Assembly (NCBI GenBank): GCA_043228905.1
Contig: JBHGNT010000008.1
Coordinates: forward strand, 496,001-560,000
Length of the DNA stretch: 64,000 nucleotides
From: Azolla caroliniana
Taxonomy: Eukaryota > Plantae > Polypodiophyta
Direction: 5' to 3'
The first letter of the stretch is position 1, and each line of letters opens with the position of its first letter. Under the pieces are notes generated by a model that worked only from the letters and a program-made list of their open reading frames with translations, did no database searches and was not told where the DNA came from. The position numbers and the translations under genes are program-made. Of the stretch, positions 13,267 through 26,779 are shown piece after piece.

Positions 13267-13284
13267 TGGTGAACTCGACGTGAA
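13267..13284 (+). promoter_or_regulatory. Primer binding site complementary to tRNA-Trp (N1)
   Basis: TGGTGAACTCGACGTGAA, 4 nt after the LTR end; one mismatch to the recalled complement of the plant tRNA-Trp 3' end (TGGTGAACCCGACGTGAA). Confidence 0.8.
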
Positions 13285-13467
13285 AGGCGGCAAGGGAGAA
13301 TGGAGGTGGATGAAGAAGGCTTCGTGGTGAAGGCAATGTTGAAGGCGATGATGAACATACACGGAAGAAGGGTGGACAAGAAACGGTTTGGAAGCCGTTG
13401 AGAGTGCGGTCGAAGAAGTCGACCATTGGTGTGGAGATGGGGTCCCAAAATTTTTAAAGCCCACGAT

Positions 13468-14239
13468 TGTTACCCCCGTAAGAATATACGGGGAGGCATA
13501 AGGGTATGTGTAATGATGTGGTTGATGTGTGTGTGTAAAGTAAATGAGTGTGTGAGGATGAGTATGTGTATGGACACATGCACAATTATGTGCATGTGTA
13601 CAAGAATGTGTAACGGTCTTATTTATAACGGTCATGTAACCGTTACATTGGATGTATTATATAAACCCCCTATGGGGTATGTAATGAGATAACCTTTTTT
13701 CCCTCTCACATTTGTGTCATTTTCAATTTGTCTTTCTCTCTTGTTTTCCCTCACACGTAACCCCTCTTGGGAGGGGGGTGGAGCCATTCTAGGCTTCACC
13801 CTCTACCCATTAATACTTTTGGCACACTCGAATGGCCGACCTCCCTTGAGAAGAGGTCAATCTCTCCCTCCCTCACTCTCCCTCTCCATCACTGATCTCT
13901 ATCTCTCCATTTCTTTGTACGTGTCTGTTAGTGTTTGTGTAGGGTGTATGGTGTGGTGGATGGACTCTTTGTGTGGGAGCCAGCCTGTGATGAAGATATC
14001 AACATTATTCCCTTGAGAAGAAGACTCTCTTCTCCTCCTCTACTTCTTTGCCTACCCCTCTGTTAGTTCTTGTTGCACCATCTCCACTACATCGCCTACA
14101 CATCCCTTTCCCCATTCCCAGTATGTGATGATGATCTTGCTTTCAACCCCTTTCCTCACTCTCTCTACCTAAAATCCTAGCCACCCCAAAGTTCATCTCT
14201 ATATCTTTAGCTCTCTTCATCTTTGTGTTTGCGGCTATG

Positions 14240-14272
<33 letters not shown>

Positions 14273-16517
14273 GGTCCCACCATAGAAATGGTGGGCGTTC
14301 CATCTGAGAAGTTTTTCCAGTTTTCCCCACAATATAATGCCTCATTCCTGCTTCAATCCAAACAGAGCAATTGAATACGGTGATGGATCTACATCAAGCA
14401 TTGTTAGGGATAACTATACCTCCCATCGTTGTGTGTGTGATGCTATTGTGCCAATGTTAACAAAGAATAGGATCACAATCAATTCATAAAGGAGGACTGT
14501 GAATCACTATGGAAGCTTGGATCACTTGGTATATGAGGCGTGTTATCCTTGCATAGATGAGCGGAAGGATCATCACCACTAATTGGGTTCATCATCTTCA
14601 CTATCAGAATCAGAGCTTGAAAAAGATGTGTCTCGACGGGGGCATAAGTGGCCATACGATCGAACAAAGGTGCGACAATCAGATAGATGGCGCCAAGTGG
14701 CTAGACAAAGATAGTCTGGTAGCCGGACTAAGATGACCCTGAACAAAGATAGCCACCGTATAGCCACAGCCGAACCCGCAAAGAGATGGCCAGCGTCCCG
14801 TTGAGGGCCGAAAAGATAGGGACAACGGGCTGAATAGAAGTAGCCGAAAAGCATCGGCCGAAACTAGCATGGTCGAGACGCGTGGCTGAGAGTATGGCCA
14901 AGAAGTGCGACTAAGACGCGTGGCCGAGAGCATGACTGAGACGCGTGACCGAGAGCACGGTTGATACGTGTGGTCGAGAGTACGACCGAGATGTGCGGTC
15001 GACAGTGTAGTAGAGAGATGTCCACGACCAGCTAGTGGAGATAGCCGAACAGACGGCAAACGTCCGACAAAGCCAACAGACGTTGACAGACGGCGTACAA
15101 CAACCGATCGGACAGACGGTCCGATAGCAGGCGAACGCATACCCACGGACAACTGGCTAGATAGTAGGAAGCGACGGTCGGCGGACATAAACGGCCATAG
15201 ATAGATGGCTGAAGGCAGACACGACTAGTGGCCAGCCGGTACGACAATCGGCAACAGACGAGCAACGACGGCCGATAATCGGGCCAGACACTAACAACCG
15301 AACCCACAGAGTCGAGCAGTAGAGGACAATGCTCGACAACCAGTTGGACAGACCGTAGAGACTGCCGTAGTAAAGAGACGACTGACAGTCGACAGCCGTA
15401 AAGAGACGACGTCGAACAAACATTCGACGACCGACGGTCAGCGGACAGAAACCGTCGGGAGCCGTTGGATAGCTAACGGCCAGTGCCGACCTCCAGACAA
15501 AAGATTGCAGCACCAAACCGAAAAGAAAGGGAAAAGAAGAAAAAATCAAGAAAGAAGAAGGAGAAGTCGTAGAAGCAGTGAGACAGAAAAGAAGAAGGAA
15601 GCAACATCAGCAGAAAAGAGAAAGAAGAGAAGAAGTAGAGAAAGACAAGAAGCAATAGAGGAGTACGCGGAGACAAAATGAAAGAAAGAAAAAAGATAAG
15701 GGCATTTCACAAAACTTTGAAAGCTTGAGGGTAGAAAAGGGATACTCAAAAACTCAAAAAGAGAGGGCATAGTGAATGATTTCAAAAGCTCAAGGGCATC
15801 AGAAGAAAAATTCAAAGATCGAAGGGCATATGATAAAATTTTAAAAACTTGAGGGTGAAAATAAAAATTCGAAAGACCAAGGTGTATAAAACATAAAACC
15901 CAACTCACATGAATGAACTATAGAATACACAAACGCACAACATGATTTCACAACCCATGCCACATTGAACTAGCCGATTGCTGTATGATCCAATTGCAAC
16001 TTGTGTTGACCGAATGAGAAGGTTCGAGTCAAGCAAAGCTCCGATCGAAGTTATCGATCATAGAGCAGTGATTCGGTCGAGGGATTTCTGACCGTTGAGA
16101 CGACCGATGGAGTTCTGATCGAGAAGAGTTGCCATGGCGAGTGGGTTCACCGTGCAATGCACTGTTCCATAGGTGTGTCATGTGTTACCCCCGTAAGAAT
16201 ATACGGGGAGGCATAAGGGTAGGTGTAATGATGTGGTTGATGTGTATGTGTAAAGTAAATGAGTGTATGAGGATGAGTATGTGTATGGACACATGTACAA
16301 TTATGTGCATGTGTACAAGAATGTGTAACGGTCTTATTTATAACGTTACATTGGATGTATTATATAAACCCCCTATGTGGTATGTAATGAGATAACCTTT
16401 TTTCCCTCTCACATCTGTGTCATTTTCTATTTGTCTTTCTCTCTTGTTTTCCTTCACACGTAACCCCCTTGGGAGGGGGGTGGAGCCATTGTAGGCTTCA
16501 CCCCCTACCCATTAACA
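13468..16517 (+). mobile_element. Non-coding TRIM/LARD-like LTR element (3.05 kb)
   Basis: Direct repeats 13468-13815 and 16183-16517 (TGTTACCCCC..ATTAACA); 5-bp TSD ACGAT at 13463-13467 and 16518-16522. TGG-starting PBS-like site at 13820; no retroelement ORF inside. Confidence 0.88.
14241..14271. repeat. (TG)n microsatellite
   Basis: About 15 TG units. Confidence 0.95.
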
Positions 16518-17775
16518 ACGATGCTCGGATTGAGAGGCTTCCCTCACAATGTATGAGAGGCAACGAGGTTAAAGTGTTTGCCGGGTGGTGGTAGCCATAT
16601 GGTGTGAAGAGGACAAAGAGCTTCAAGAAGGTCATGGTTTGGGGTCCTTCGAGGGAGTTATCGAAGATGCACGGGCATGGGTGGTCGAAGAGGCAAATAG
16701 AGGTCGAGAAGGAAGTCTCCTTCTCGACGGATGTAGAATAATGATGACGCCCTGTAGGGGTCTGGGTTCAATACGATGGTGCTATTACGGGGAAGGTGTG
16801 GAACAAGTCACCTATTCAACTTGCGGAGGAATACGCCTCCCTACACGCGGAGGACGGGGCCTATGCGGAGGCCGGAAGAGCATCCGACGGTGACGTGGGA
16901 GAGGGTGCGGAGCAAGCGACCCTCTCGTCTAGCAGAAAGGGGACGACCATGGATGAGGCCGGTGACTACTGAGTGGGAAGAGCCACTTTGAGAGTGGGCA
17001 AAGGATTCGGGGCACGGTTGCTCGAAACATCAAGCGAGAAGGAGGCAAGTGGCCGTGCCGGGACCTTACCCACACCTGTTCTAGAGACTCTGGTGGCCAG
17101 CCCGAGAGCCGGCGTGAGACCTAGAGTCACAAACGGTGGTGGCGGCAAGGCGGGCAACCGAAACAACAAAGAGGAGGATGCGAGGCCTGGAACGGGCATA
17201 TACAAAGGGACTGACGGAGAGGTCGGGAGCAGCAATGAGGAGAGAGTCAGTGAGCGTGAGAAGGAGGCCAAGTGGGCACGACAACTATGGTTCGGTGGAA
17301 GACCGGAAATGAGAGGGATCCTCCACACCTTTTCAAGAGACTACGGCGGTTGCCGATTAACGTAAGACCGGAGAGACAATGGGTGGCGACGAGGAGTCGG
17401 TTACCGAAGCGGGCATCCGGTGTGGGAAGACGGACAAACGAGGCCAAGAGGGCCAAATGGAGTCGGAAGGGACCACGGTGATGAAAGAAAACAAGGCCGA
17501 CTCGGAGGTTGGAACTACGGAGGGAGGAGCGCGTAATACGACGCATGCACTACGGCGAGAAATGAAGCGTGCATTACGGCCGCACGAGGACCTAAGAGCG
17601 AGTGCGTATTAGGAGGTCGACGATGAGTTCGAGAGAAGAACACGGAAGCGGAGGAACAAAGACCGGTCCTATGGGTCACCTCACACCAAGCTAGAGACTT
17701 CGGCGGTCAACATTGGATCCGACGTAAGACCAAGATACTGACGGTGGCGGTAGGAAAATGGGACCCGACAATTCA

Positions 17776-20700
17776 TGTTGAGAGACAAGCTCAACATTGG
17801 CCGGATCGGCTGAAGAAGCCGAGGACTGGATCGGTTGGGACCGATCGGTTAGGCCGTTAGGAAAGATATTCTGTGAGGAATATATTTGGGAGTTAGTGTA
17901 GGAGCTCTTAATGAGCATTGAAGAATTGACAGTGCTCCAGTCAGTCCTTCTAGGGCTTGTACAAAGTGTTCATTGAACACATATATGTATTGTTTTCTTT
18001 GTCTTTCATAATATACGATCCTTTTGGTGTCTTCTCTCTAACTCTTTCGGTCTCTCCCGCGTATACTATGTAAGCTCAAGCTCTCCATTAAACCTGAGTG
18101 TTCTCCCTTCTGTTCTGTCTTTATACTTGCTTCTGCATGCTACTTTTTACATGGTATCAGAGCGCGAGGGTTGAGAACCTCTGTGCAGCCGACACAGCTT
18201 GACGAAGAAGAACAAGAAGAACGATGGATAGAGGCATGGCGAGCTCGCTTCCAACAGAGAAGCTCGACAGAACCAACTACGCGTCTTGGTCCTACAAGAT
18301 GCACCAGTACCTGCTCGGGCACGGGTACTGGAGTTATGTCGAAGGAGCTAATGACGCAGCACCCGAATCGACACACAGAGACTTTCCGTCGTGGGAGCAA
18401 TCGGCGAGCAGGGTATTATACTGGTTCGCGTTGTGTGTGGGCGAACAGCTATTGAGTTATGTTCGGGATGCAAAGACGCCGGGGAAAATCTGAAGAAGAT
18501 TTTTGCCGCGAGCACCACAGCCAGGAAGCTTCAGCTCCGACAGGAGTTGAGCAACCTACGACAACGCGACTTGTCGGTGGCAGACTATACCTCGAAGATC
18601 AAGGATATCTGCGACTCCCTCGCCTCCATAGAGGTGAACATCGAGGAGAGCGAGATGGTCCAGATCTGTCTCGGAGGTTTGGTGTCGAAGTTCGGAGCGC
18701 TCCGAACGGCTGTGTGTACCCGGGAGAATACGTCGTCCTTTTTCGACTTACAGTCGATGCTCCTGGTAGAGGAGAACCACGCGGGTGCGTCGACGAGCAC
18801 GCACACTGACAACAAGATGTTGTACACGGAGGGAGAAAGGCCCCGTGGTCGTGGCGGACGGGGTGAGTCGGTACGCAATGGAAGCGGCCAACGAGATCAA
18901 GGAAGAAGGCACCGAAGTGATGCCGACAGCAACTCCGGACCCTCCGGAAACAGGGGGAGTCGAAGCGATGAGAACCGGGAAGGGAAGGCCATCGCGGATG
19001 CTAGTACTGTGGCAAGAAAGGCCACAGGGAAAGTGAGTGCTGGAAGAAGCGCGCCGATTCGGAGAGAACCGGTTCCGGAAACGGCTCCAGACATACCGAC
19101 AAGGGAGATTGGCAGCGATCGGACTACGCCGAAGACTACGGGAGAGCCGGAGAAGGGTCTGCCTTCGTGTCGAGACACGAAGCAAACTCAATGAAACAGA
19201 GCACCCCGAGATCGGACGAGGTGTGGTACGTAGACTCCGGCGCGTCAAACCACATGACGAGCCAAAAGGAGTGGTTCTCGTACCTTGAAAAACCCATACA
19301 ACCTAGAGTAGTCGCAACAGGAGACGACACTCCGCATCTGATCGCGAATGTCGGAGAAGTTCCCCTTAGCCACGTCGGGCAGAAAGGGAAACTCATGAAC
19401 GTGTTGCACGTTCCGACAATCACGAAAAACTTGGTCTTGGTCGGACAGATCGTCGACCAAGGGATGGAGGTTTGGTTTACACACCTCGGATGCTTCATTG
19501 AGGAAGAAGGTCGTGTGATTGTGCAAGGGCGTAGAGACGGGAGGATGTTCATCCTCGACTCCACTGATGGCGGCACCACAATGTTCGCGAAGGGACAAAA
19601 ATCCGAGTCGGACATCGACTTGTGGCACAAGCGGATAGTCAACCACCAGCGGCTTCAAGATTTGCAATCGAAACATGTAGTGTTCGGATTGCCCAAATTT
19701 AGTGGCAGAAAGGCACAAATTTGTGAAGCTTGCCAGCTCGGGAAGCAACACCGACTTCCCTTCCCCAACGAGCGAAACCGGACCCGGAACAAACTCGACC
19801 TTATACACTCCGATGTATGGGGGCCAGCACAAAACATTAGTCTTGGCGGGAGCCGATATTTCGTCTCCTTCATCGACGACCACACGCGGCACACGTGGAT
19901 CTACCTCATTGAGAGGAAGAGCGAAGTCTTCGACTGCTTTCGGGACCTCAAAAGGTTCGTGGAAACGGAGACGAGACGAAAGTTCAAGTGCCTGCGGTCG
20001 GATGGCGGGAAAGATTACTTCTCCGGTCAATTCAACGGTTATCTACAACAAATGGGAATTCGGCGCGAATTCAGTTGCAGATACACGCCGGAGCAGAACG
20101 GCGTGGCCGAGAGGAAGAATCGGTCAGTTGTGGAAGCGGCACAGGCAATGCTGGAGGAGAAGAGGCGGTAAGGACCGCAGTATACATTCAGAACCGGATC
20201 GGAGACAAAGTGTCGGCGCACGAGCAATATTTCGGAACGAAGCCGAACTTGCGACACTTGAGGGTGTTTGGTAACATTGCGTATGTGCATATACCGAAGG
20301 AGAAAAGGAGGAAGCTGGACGCAAAGGCCGAGAAATGCATCTTGGTCGGTTACTCGGACGAGCAGAAGGGTTATAAGTGCTATAACCCTCGCACCAAACA
20401 AGCGCGTGTTAGCCGCGATGTTGTGTTTGACGAGTCTGCGTCCTAGTACCTGACCCCGACTACGAACCTCGACTCCAATCCGAGCTCTGACGATGAGGTC
20501 AGCGAGGCCGAGATGCCTCCGGATGAGCCCGAAATCGAGACCCGCGAAGAGAGTCCGATTTCACTCCGGTTAAGTGGACCGATTGGACGACTGAGTCGGT
20601 ACGACCAGTCTGATGAAGAGCCGGCGAGTAGTGGAGACTCGGCCGTGCATTCCCCGCGCAGGAAGCCGAGGAGATGGCTTACGCGCAAAGAGAAAGGGAA

Positions 20701-23378
20701 GAAGAAGGTGTCGGATTCCGGCATGGAAAGGAACAAGTCAGACCGACGCGAGTCCGACTCCGAGGGAACCACTGACGGGTCTTTAAAGATGAAGACCAAG
20801 ATGGCCTCGACATTGGCTAATGTGAGATTACGCCGATCTACCGGCTAGAAGAATCCTGTTTTGCGGTTCCGATACAATGAGTACATGGCGCATCATTATG
20901 CGTACATGTCCCGTGTAGCGGAAGTGCGTGAGCCGGAGAGCTACGCAGAAGCGGCTAAAGACGCGAATTGGCGTGCCGCGATGGAGGAAGAGATGCACGC
21001 ATTGGTGGAGAACGAGACCTGAGACCTGGTTAACGCACCAAGAGGGGTAAAACCGATCGGGTGTAGGTGGGTGTACAAAGTCAAGTACAACACCGATGGC
21101 TCGGTCAACCGGTACAAGGCTCGGCTAGTGGCAAAGGGCTACGCGCAGAAACACGGCATCGACTACGATGAGACATTTGCGCCGGTCGCGAAAATGATGA
21201 CCGTTTGTGTTTTGCTCGTAGTAGCCTCGGCCAAGGGGTGGCACCTACATCAAATGGATGTAAAGAATGCGTTCCTGCAAGGTGACCTTGAGGAACAAGT
21301 GTACATGGTACAACCCCCCGGATTTCACTCCGGCACGAACTCCTCGGTAGTATGCTGACTGAAGAAGTCCCTTTACGGACTGAAGCAAGCCCCGCGTGCC
21401 TGGAACGCGAAGATCACACAACAACTGCGTCGGATGCGCTTCGTCACGTCAAAATCGGACTCATCCCTGTACATCCGGAAAGGTCGACTTGGACCGGTTA
21501 GTATTCTACTATATGTCGATGACTTGGTCATCACCGGCACCGACCTAGGTGAAATCGACCGCGTGAAGCTCCAGCTTGAGGCATCGTTCGACATGAAGGA
21601 TCTGGGGGACCTTCATTACTTCCTCGGGATCAAAGTGATTCGTACCCCTGAAGGCATATTGATCAGCCAACGTCATAACGTGCTGAGTATGCTCTTCAAA
21701 TTCGGGATGGCCGACTGTAAGTCCGTCTTGACTCCTCTGAACAGAACCGTCAAGCTTCGTCCCGATACGGGAAAGGTATGCGACCTGACGAGGTTCCGAC
21801 AAATTGTCGGAAGCCTCATATACTTGACCATCACCCGACCCGACCTCAGTTATCCGGTCGGAGTGATCAGTCAGTTCATGGCGTGACCTACCGAGGAGCA
21901 CCTTAAGTGTGCGCAACGCGTACTGCGGTACGTAAGTGGCACTAAGGACCGCAGACTGCTATATCGGACCGGTTTAGCCGCGCACTTAGTCGGCGACACC
22001 GATGCTGATTGGGCTGGCCACGCCGCCGATCGCCGATCCACGTCCGGATACGCGTTCTCCCTCGGGAGTGCCGCGATCGCGTGGAGCAATAAGAAGCAGT
22101 CAACAGTTGCACTGTCGAGCACCGAAGCTGAGTACCGAGGAGCGGCTGTCGCGACATGCGAAGCCATCTGGTTGAAGCGGCTACTTAAGGACCTGCAGGT
22201 AGAGGTGTCAGATCCGACGACGATCTACTGCGACAACCTCAGCAACATCCAGCTCGCGAAGAACCCCGTTTTCCACGTACGGACCAAGCACATTGAGGTG
22301 CACTACCATTTCGTTCGTGAGCGTGTCCTTTCCGGTGAAGTCGAACTTCAGTACGTGCCGACGGATCGGCAGACTACCGACATCTTCACAAAGCCTCTTG
22401 GTCTGGACAAGTTGCGGCAATTCTCGGGTGCGCACAGGTTGCGTCACCTTGACGTGCCAAACTTGAGGGGGAGAACAGTCCCAAATGACCAAGCAAGGCA
22501 GTAGGAAAGGAGCAGAGACCGTGACACCGAGTCCGAGTCGGTTGACTCAGTTGTCGAGTTCGACTTCGGATCGGCTGAAGAAACCGAGGGCGAACCCACG
22601 AAAAAGTCTGAAAGCGGACAGAAGGGGAGTAGCCGAAGGAGAGAGCCGAAGCCAACCACGCATGGGGGAGATGACGAAATCAAGGGCGAGAAGACCAAAG
22701 ACGAGTTGGAGACAGTCAATTCGAACAAGAGCGAAAACCGATTGGAAGTAGCCGAGTCGGTTCGAATGTTTGATTCAGACACGTTGAATCAATCGAGGCC
22801 CAAGCGAAAGAAAAGGCAGCACAAGAAGTGTCGACACCGCAACAACAGAAGAGCTGATAAGGGTCACATGAGCAGACAAGCCGACCGTAAGGGTCGAAGC
22901 GCGTAGAGTCGAACAGGTCGAGAAGCGCGAGCGAGGCGTGAAGTCAGGAGGAACCGGAGCTGTGAAGATCCCGAAGAGCCTCAAGTTGAGCTTGAGGGGG
23001 AGTTTTGAGAGACAAGCTCAACATCGGCCGGATCGGCTGAAGAAGCCGAGGACCGGATCGGCTGGGACCAATCGGTTAGGCCGTTAGGAAAGATATTCCG
23101 TGAGGAATATATTTGGGAGTTAGTGTAGGAGCTCTTAATGAGCATTGAAGTACTGACAATACTCCAGTCAGTCCTTCTAGGGCTTGTACAAAGTGTTCAT
23201 TGAGCACATATATGTATTGTTTTCTTTGTCTTTCATAATATACGATCCTTTTGGTGTCTTCTCTCTAACTCTCTCGGTCTCTCCCGCATATACTGTGTAA
23301 GCTCAAGCTCTCCATTAAACCTGAGTGTTCTCCCTTCTGTTCTGTCTTTATACTTGCTTCCGCACGCTACTTTTTACA
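17776..23378 (+). mobile_element. Ty1/Copia element 'K1', full length, decayed
   Basis: 376-bp LTRs 17776-18151 and 23003-23378; TSD ATTCA; PBS TGGTATCAGAGC (tRNA-iMet) at 18152-18163; PPT gagggggag. Gag, protease (WYVDSGASNHM), IN (HSDVWGP, NGVAER), RT (LYVDDL) and RNase H (TKHIEVHYH). Confidence 0.96.
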
Positions 23379-24521
23379 ATTCAGATAGTGACGGACAGAC
23401 CCGGACGAGAACCGGGCGGAGCGGACTTCCGGATAACCGATCTGGAAGGGAGGAAGAGGCAGGCCTACGGGGAGGCCGGAACACGATACATCAGTACGAC
23501 GGGAGAGGGTGTGGAGTGAGCCACCCTCTTGACCTGCGGAGAAGGATGAACCGGGATGGGGTCGGGAAAGGTGAGAGGCCCAAGGAGGATCCTTCACACC
23601 GAGCTAGAGACTTCGGCAGTCAGCCCAAGAGCCGACGTAAGACCAAGAGACTGACGGTGGCAGCGAGGGGACGAGGGCAAACGCAACGACGGTGTGGTCC
23701 TACGACGATCCTCACACTAGTCCGAAGACTCTGGCGGCCGCCCCGAGAGCCGACGTGAGACCTAGAGAGAAGGACAGTGGCGGTAGGTGAACAAGATCTA
23801 GTAGAAGGGTCGAAAAGGAGTAGAAGGGGGTATCAGGCCGGCGACGCGGCCACGAATCGAATATGGGCCCAGTCGTCAGCGTCAGAAGGATGAAGGAGGA
23901 CGCACGCGCATAACACGGGTCAATTACGAAGAAATTTTTGAAATCAGAGAAGGATCCACCACACTTGTACCGGAGACCCTCGACAGCTCAGTCGGGGTGG
24001 CGACGGTTGGTGTGGCAAGCATAAGGCCGAGATGATAAGCAGGGTGGGCGAGGGGACAAAGGCAACAACGGGCGACGACGTCGGACCCAGCCAACATGGC
24101 GCGGAGACGACGGGCCATGCGGGCCAAAGGCCAAGGGTGATCCTTCGTGGGTAGCTACCCGGAAAGCTAGCAAGGACACCCAAGCAGAGAACGATGTGCC
24201 GAGCTAGAAAGGCACACGCGGAGGCGAATCGGAGGGCGTGTGTGTGGCCATCGAGGGCTGACGTAAAGCACGGGTACGGGATGGTGTTCGGCACAGGTGG
24301 TGCCAAACAAGGAAGGCAGAAGATGGCATGTGGTTGCGCGAAGATGAATTGTACGATTCGGTGGTCTCACAAAGAAGGCCGGAGAGGGATCCTCCACACC
24401 GGTTCCGGAGACCTATCGGTAGTTCGGTCGTCGTGGCAATGTAAGACCAAGGAGAAGGAAGGTGGCGGCGAGGGGATAAAGGCAATGAACAACGGCACAG
24501 AACGAGCAATCAGGACAACAC

Positions 24522-25563
24522 TGTCGTGAAGAATTCGTGCCACAGTGAGAAATCACAGAATATTGGAAGGATTGGCAAGGTGCACCATGTGCACCCACCC
24601 TTGTACAAAGTTAGCATAGGGGCTAGGGGTGCCTTTGTGGCGCCGAATAGGCAATAGAGTTGGGACAGAGGATCCCATAATAATGGATTATCCCACATTG
24701 TAACGTTCCCCCCTCCTTGGGCTATAAAAGGAAGGGAGGGGTCTCTTGTATCGGATTGCCCATTTTGGAATTAGGAGGGTATACCACTTAGGTCTAGGGT
24801 TTGGTAGTGTTCTTCCTCTTCATCTTATTCTTGTTCGCTTAGGGCTTCTACTTTGGTCTTTTCACTCTATTTCGTTTTAGGGTTTTACTTTGGTCTTCTT
24901 CATTGTCTTATGGGTTTGATTCCTTCTTCTTGAGTCGAGGATTAGTAGTTCGTCTTGTTCTTCATCTTGTGAGAGATCATGGGAGATTTAGAGTTTCGGG
25001 TTTCTTTATGTGATCTAGGGTTTCTTGGTCGAGTTAGTGTTTTGGTTTGGGGTTTCTACAACAACGGCTCTTCGGCATTCCGGTGGCAGCACTTGGAGGT
25101 TCGGTTTCCTCTCCTCGATGGAGAGTGTTTTGCATGGCAGCGGGTTCGAGAAGGGAGGGCGAAGTGGCACGGGAACACTCCATCGTCTTCGGGGCGTGAC
25201 CAACGATGGACGTTGCGGTCCCGACGGCCCACTTGACTCGCCTTCGTCGGTTCCCATTCTTAACTTGTTGTATTAGCCTATTGATTTGTAGTAGCCACCG
25301 GATTCGGGCATGTAACCATCTTGTTGTAAAACTCTTTTAATATATATTCATGTTAGTGTATATCTATCTTCCTTGTAGCATATTTGAGTCGGGTCCATAA
25401 TCGCGGTGAACCGCCTTTTTGTGAAACCCTACATTCGTTGGAATCGGAAGCCGATTCTGGACCAAAGCCTACAAAGCTTAAGGACTCCACCATCCGTCTC
25501 CCTAGTCCAAGACCCCTGGAGTCCCGCCTAAGATCCTAAACGTACCCGCGGAATACCGCGACA
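24522..25563 (+). mobile_element. Solo LTR of the N1 family
   Basis: TGTCGTGAAG..CCGCGACA, colinear with the N1 LTRs. Flanks ACAC/ACGT are compatible with a decayed 4-bp TSD. Confidence 0.82.
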
Positions 25564-26235
25564 ACGTGAAGATCAACAGAGGCCAAGCGGGCCACTACGG
25601 GTGTCTTGCGGATGGAGGGAGCATACGGTGGGATGCAGAGCGTGAATATGGTCGAACAAAGGGGCAATGGAGGAGCATGCGCGAGAGAGGAGATTGCGGC
25701 GAACGACCTATCGACAGGTCGAATGAGCCTATGAAGAGGCAAGCGCGTAGACGAAACCGGAGCTGATGATTTGGGACCGGCCAAGGCCAACACGGCAACC
25801 GGAATGAGGATTACGGAAGACCGGTTGCTTACTACGGTCGGAATCTCTCACACTTCTTCGGATTTGGCACGTACCGGTGGACGTGCGTGCGGTTTGGTGA
25901 GGGTGGATGTTGTGAAGATCCATGGCCATAGTGAGAAAACCGGAGAAGTTACTGACATTGGCGAAGTGCATCATATGCACTTACGCTTGCATAAACGTGT
26001 GAATAATAGGGGTGCCTTTATGGTGCCGAATAGGAGTTAAGTTGGAACAGAGAACCCCATGTAATAAGGGATTTATCCCACATTGTTACACATCCCTCTC
26101 CTTGTTCTATAAAAGGAAGAGAGTGTCCCTTGTAAAAGGGTTGCCCATTTTGAGTTAGAAAGGCTATACCACTTAGGTCTAGGGTTTGGTAGTTTTCTTG
26201 GTCTTCATCTTATTCTTATTCCCCTAGGGTTTGTA

Positions 26236-26679
26236 CTTTGGTCTTTTCATCCTATTTCATTTTAGGATTTCATTTTAGTCTTCTTCATTGTCTCGTGGTT
26301 TGGTTCATTCTTTCAAGTGGACGTTAGTATTCCGTCTAGGTTCTTCTTCTTGTGAGAGTTCTTCCGAGTTAGGGTTTATGCGGTTTAGGGATTCGGGTGT
26401 TTCTCTCTTCTTCGTGTGAGAGTTTGATTTGGTTTGGGGGTTCCTACAACGATGGCTTTGGTCTTTTCATCCTATTTCATTTTAGGGTTTCATTTTAGTC
26501 TTCTTCATTGTCTCGTGGTTTGGTTCATTCTTTCAAGTGGACGTTAGTATTCCGTCTAGGTTCTTCTTCTTGTGAGAGTTCTTCCGAGTTAGGGTTTATG
26601 CGGTTTAGGGATTCGGGTGTTTCTCTCTTCTTCGTGTGAGAGTTTGATTTGGTTTGGGGGTTCCTACAACGACGGCTTT
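26236..26679 (+). repeat. 220-bp tandem duplication within the N1 3' LTR
   Basis: CTTTGGTCTTTTCATCC at 26236 and 26456; CTTT again at 26676. Confidence 0.93.
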
Positions 26680-26779
26680 AGGCATTCTGGTGGCAGTACT
26701 TGGTGATTTGGCTTCCTCTCCTCGATGGAGAGCGTTTCGTGTGGCGGCCGGTTCGAGAAGGGAGGGCGAAGATGCACAG

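Noticed and set aside
14300-14680. Possible captured gene fragment on the minus strand (SSSDSDSEDDEP)
   Set aside because: Short, low-complexity and interrupted by stops; no recognisable homology.
18748-20030. Long antisense ORFs over Copia/Gypsy pol (also 2163-3023)
   Set aside because: Expected shadow ORFs of GC-rich coding sequence.
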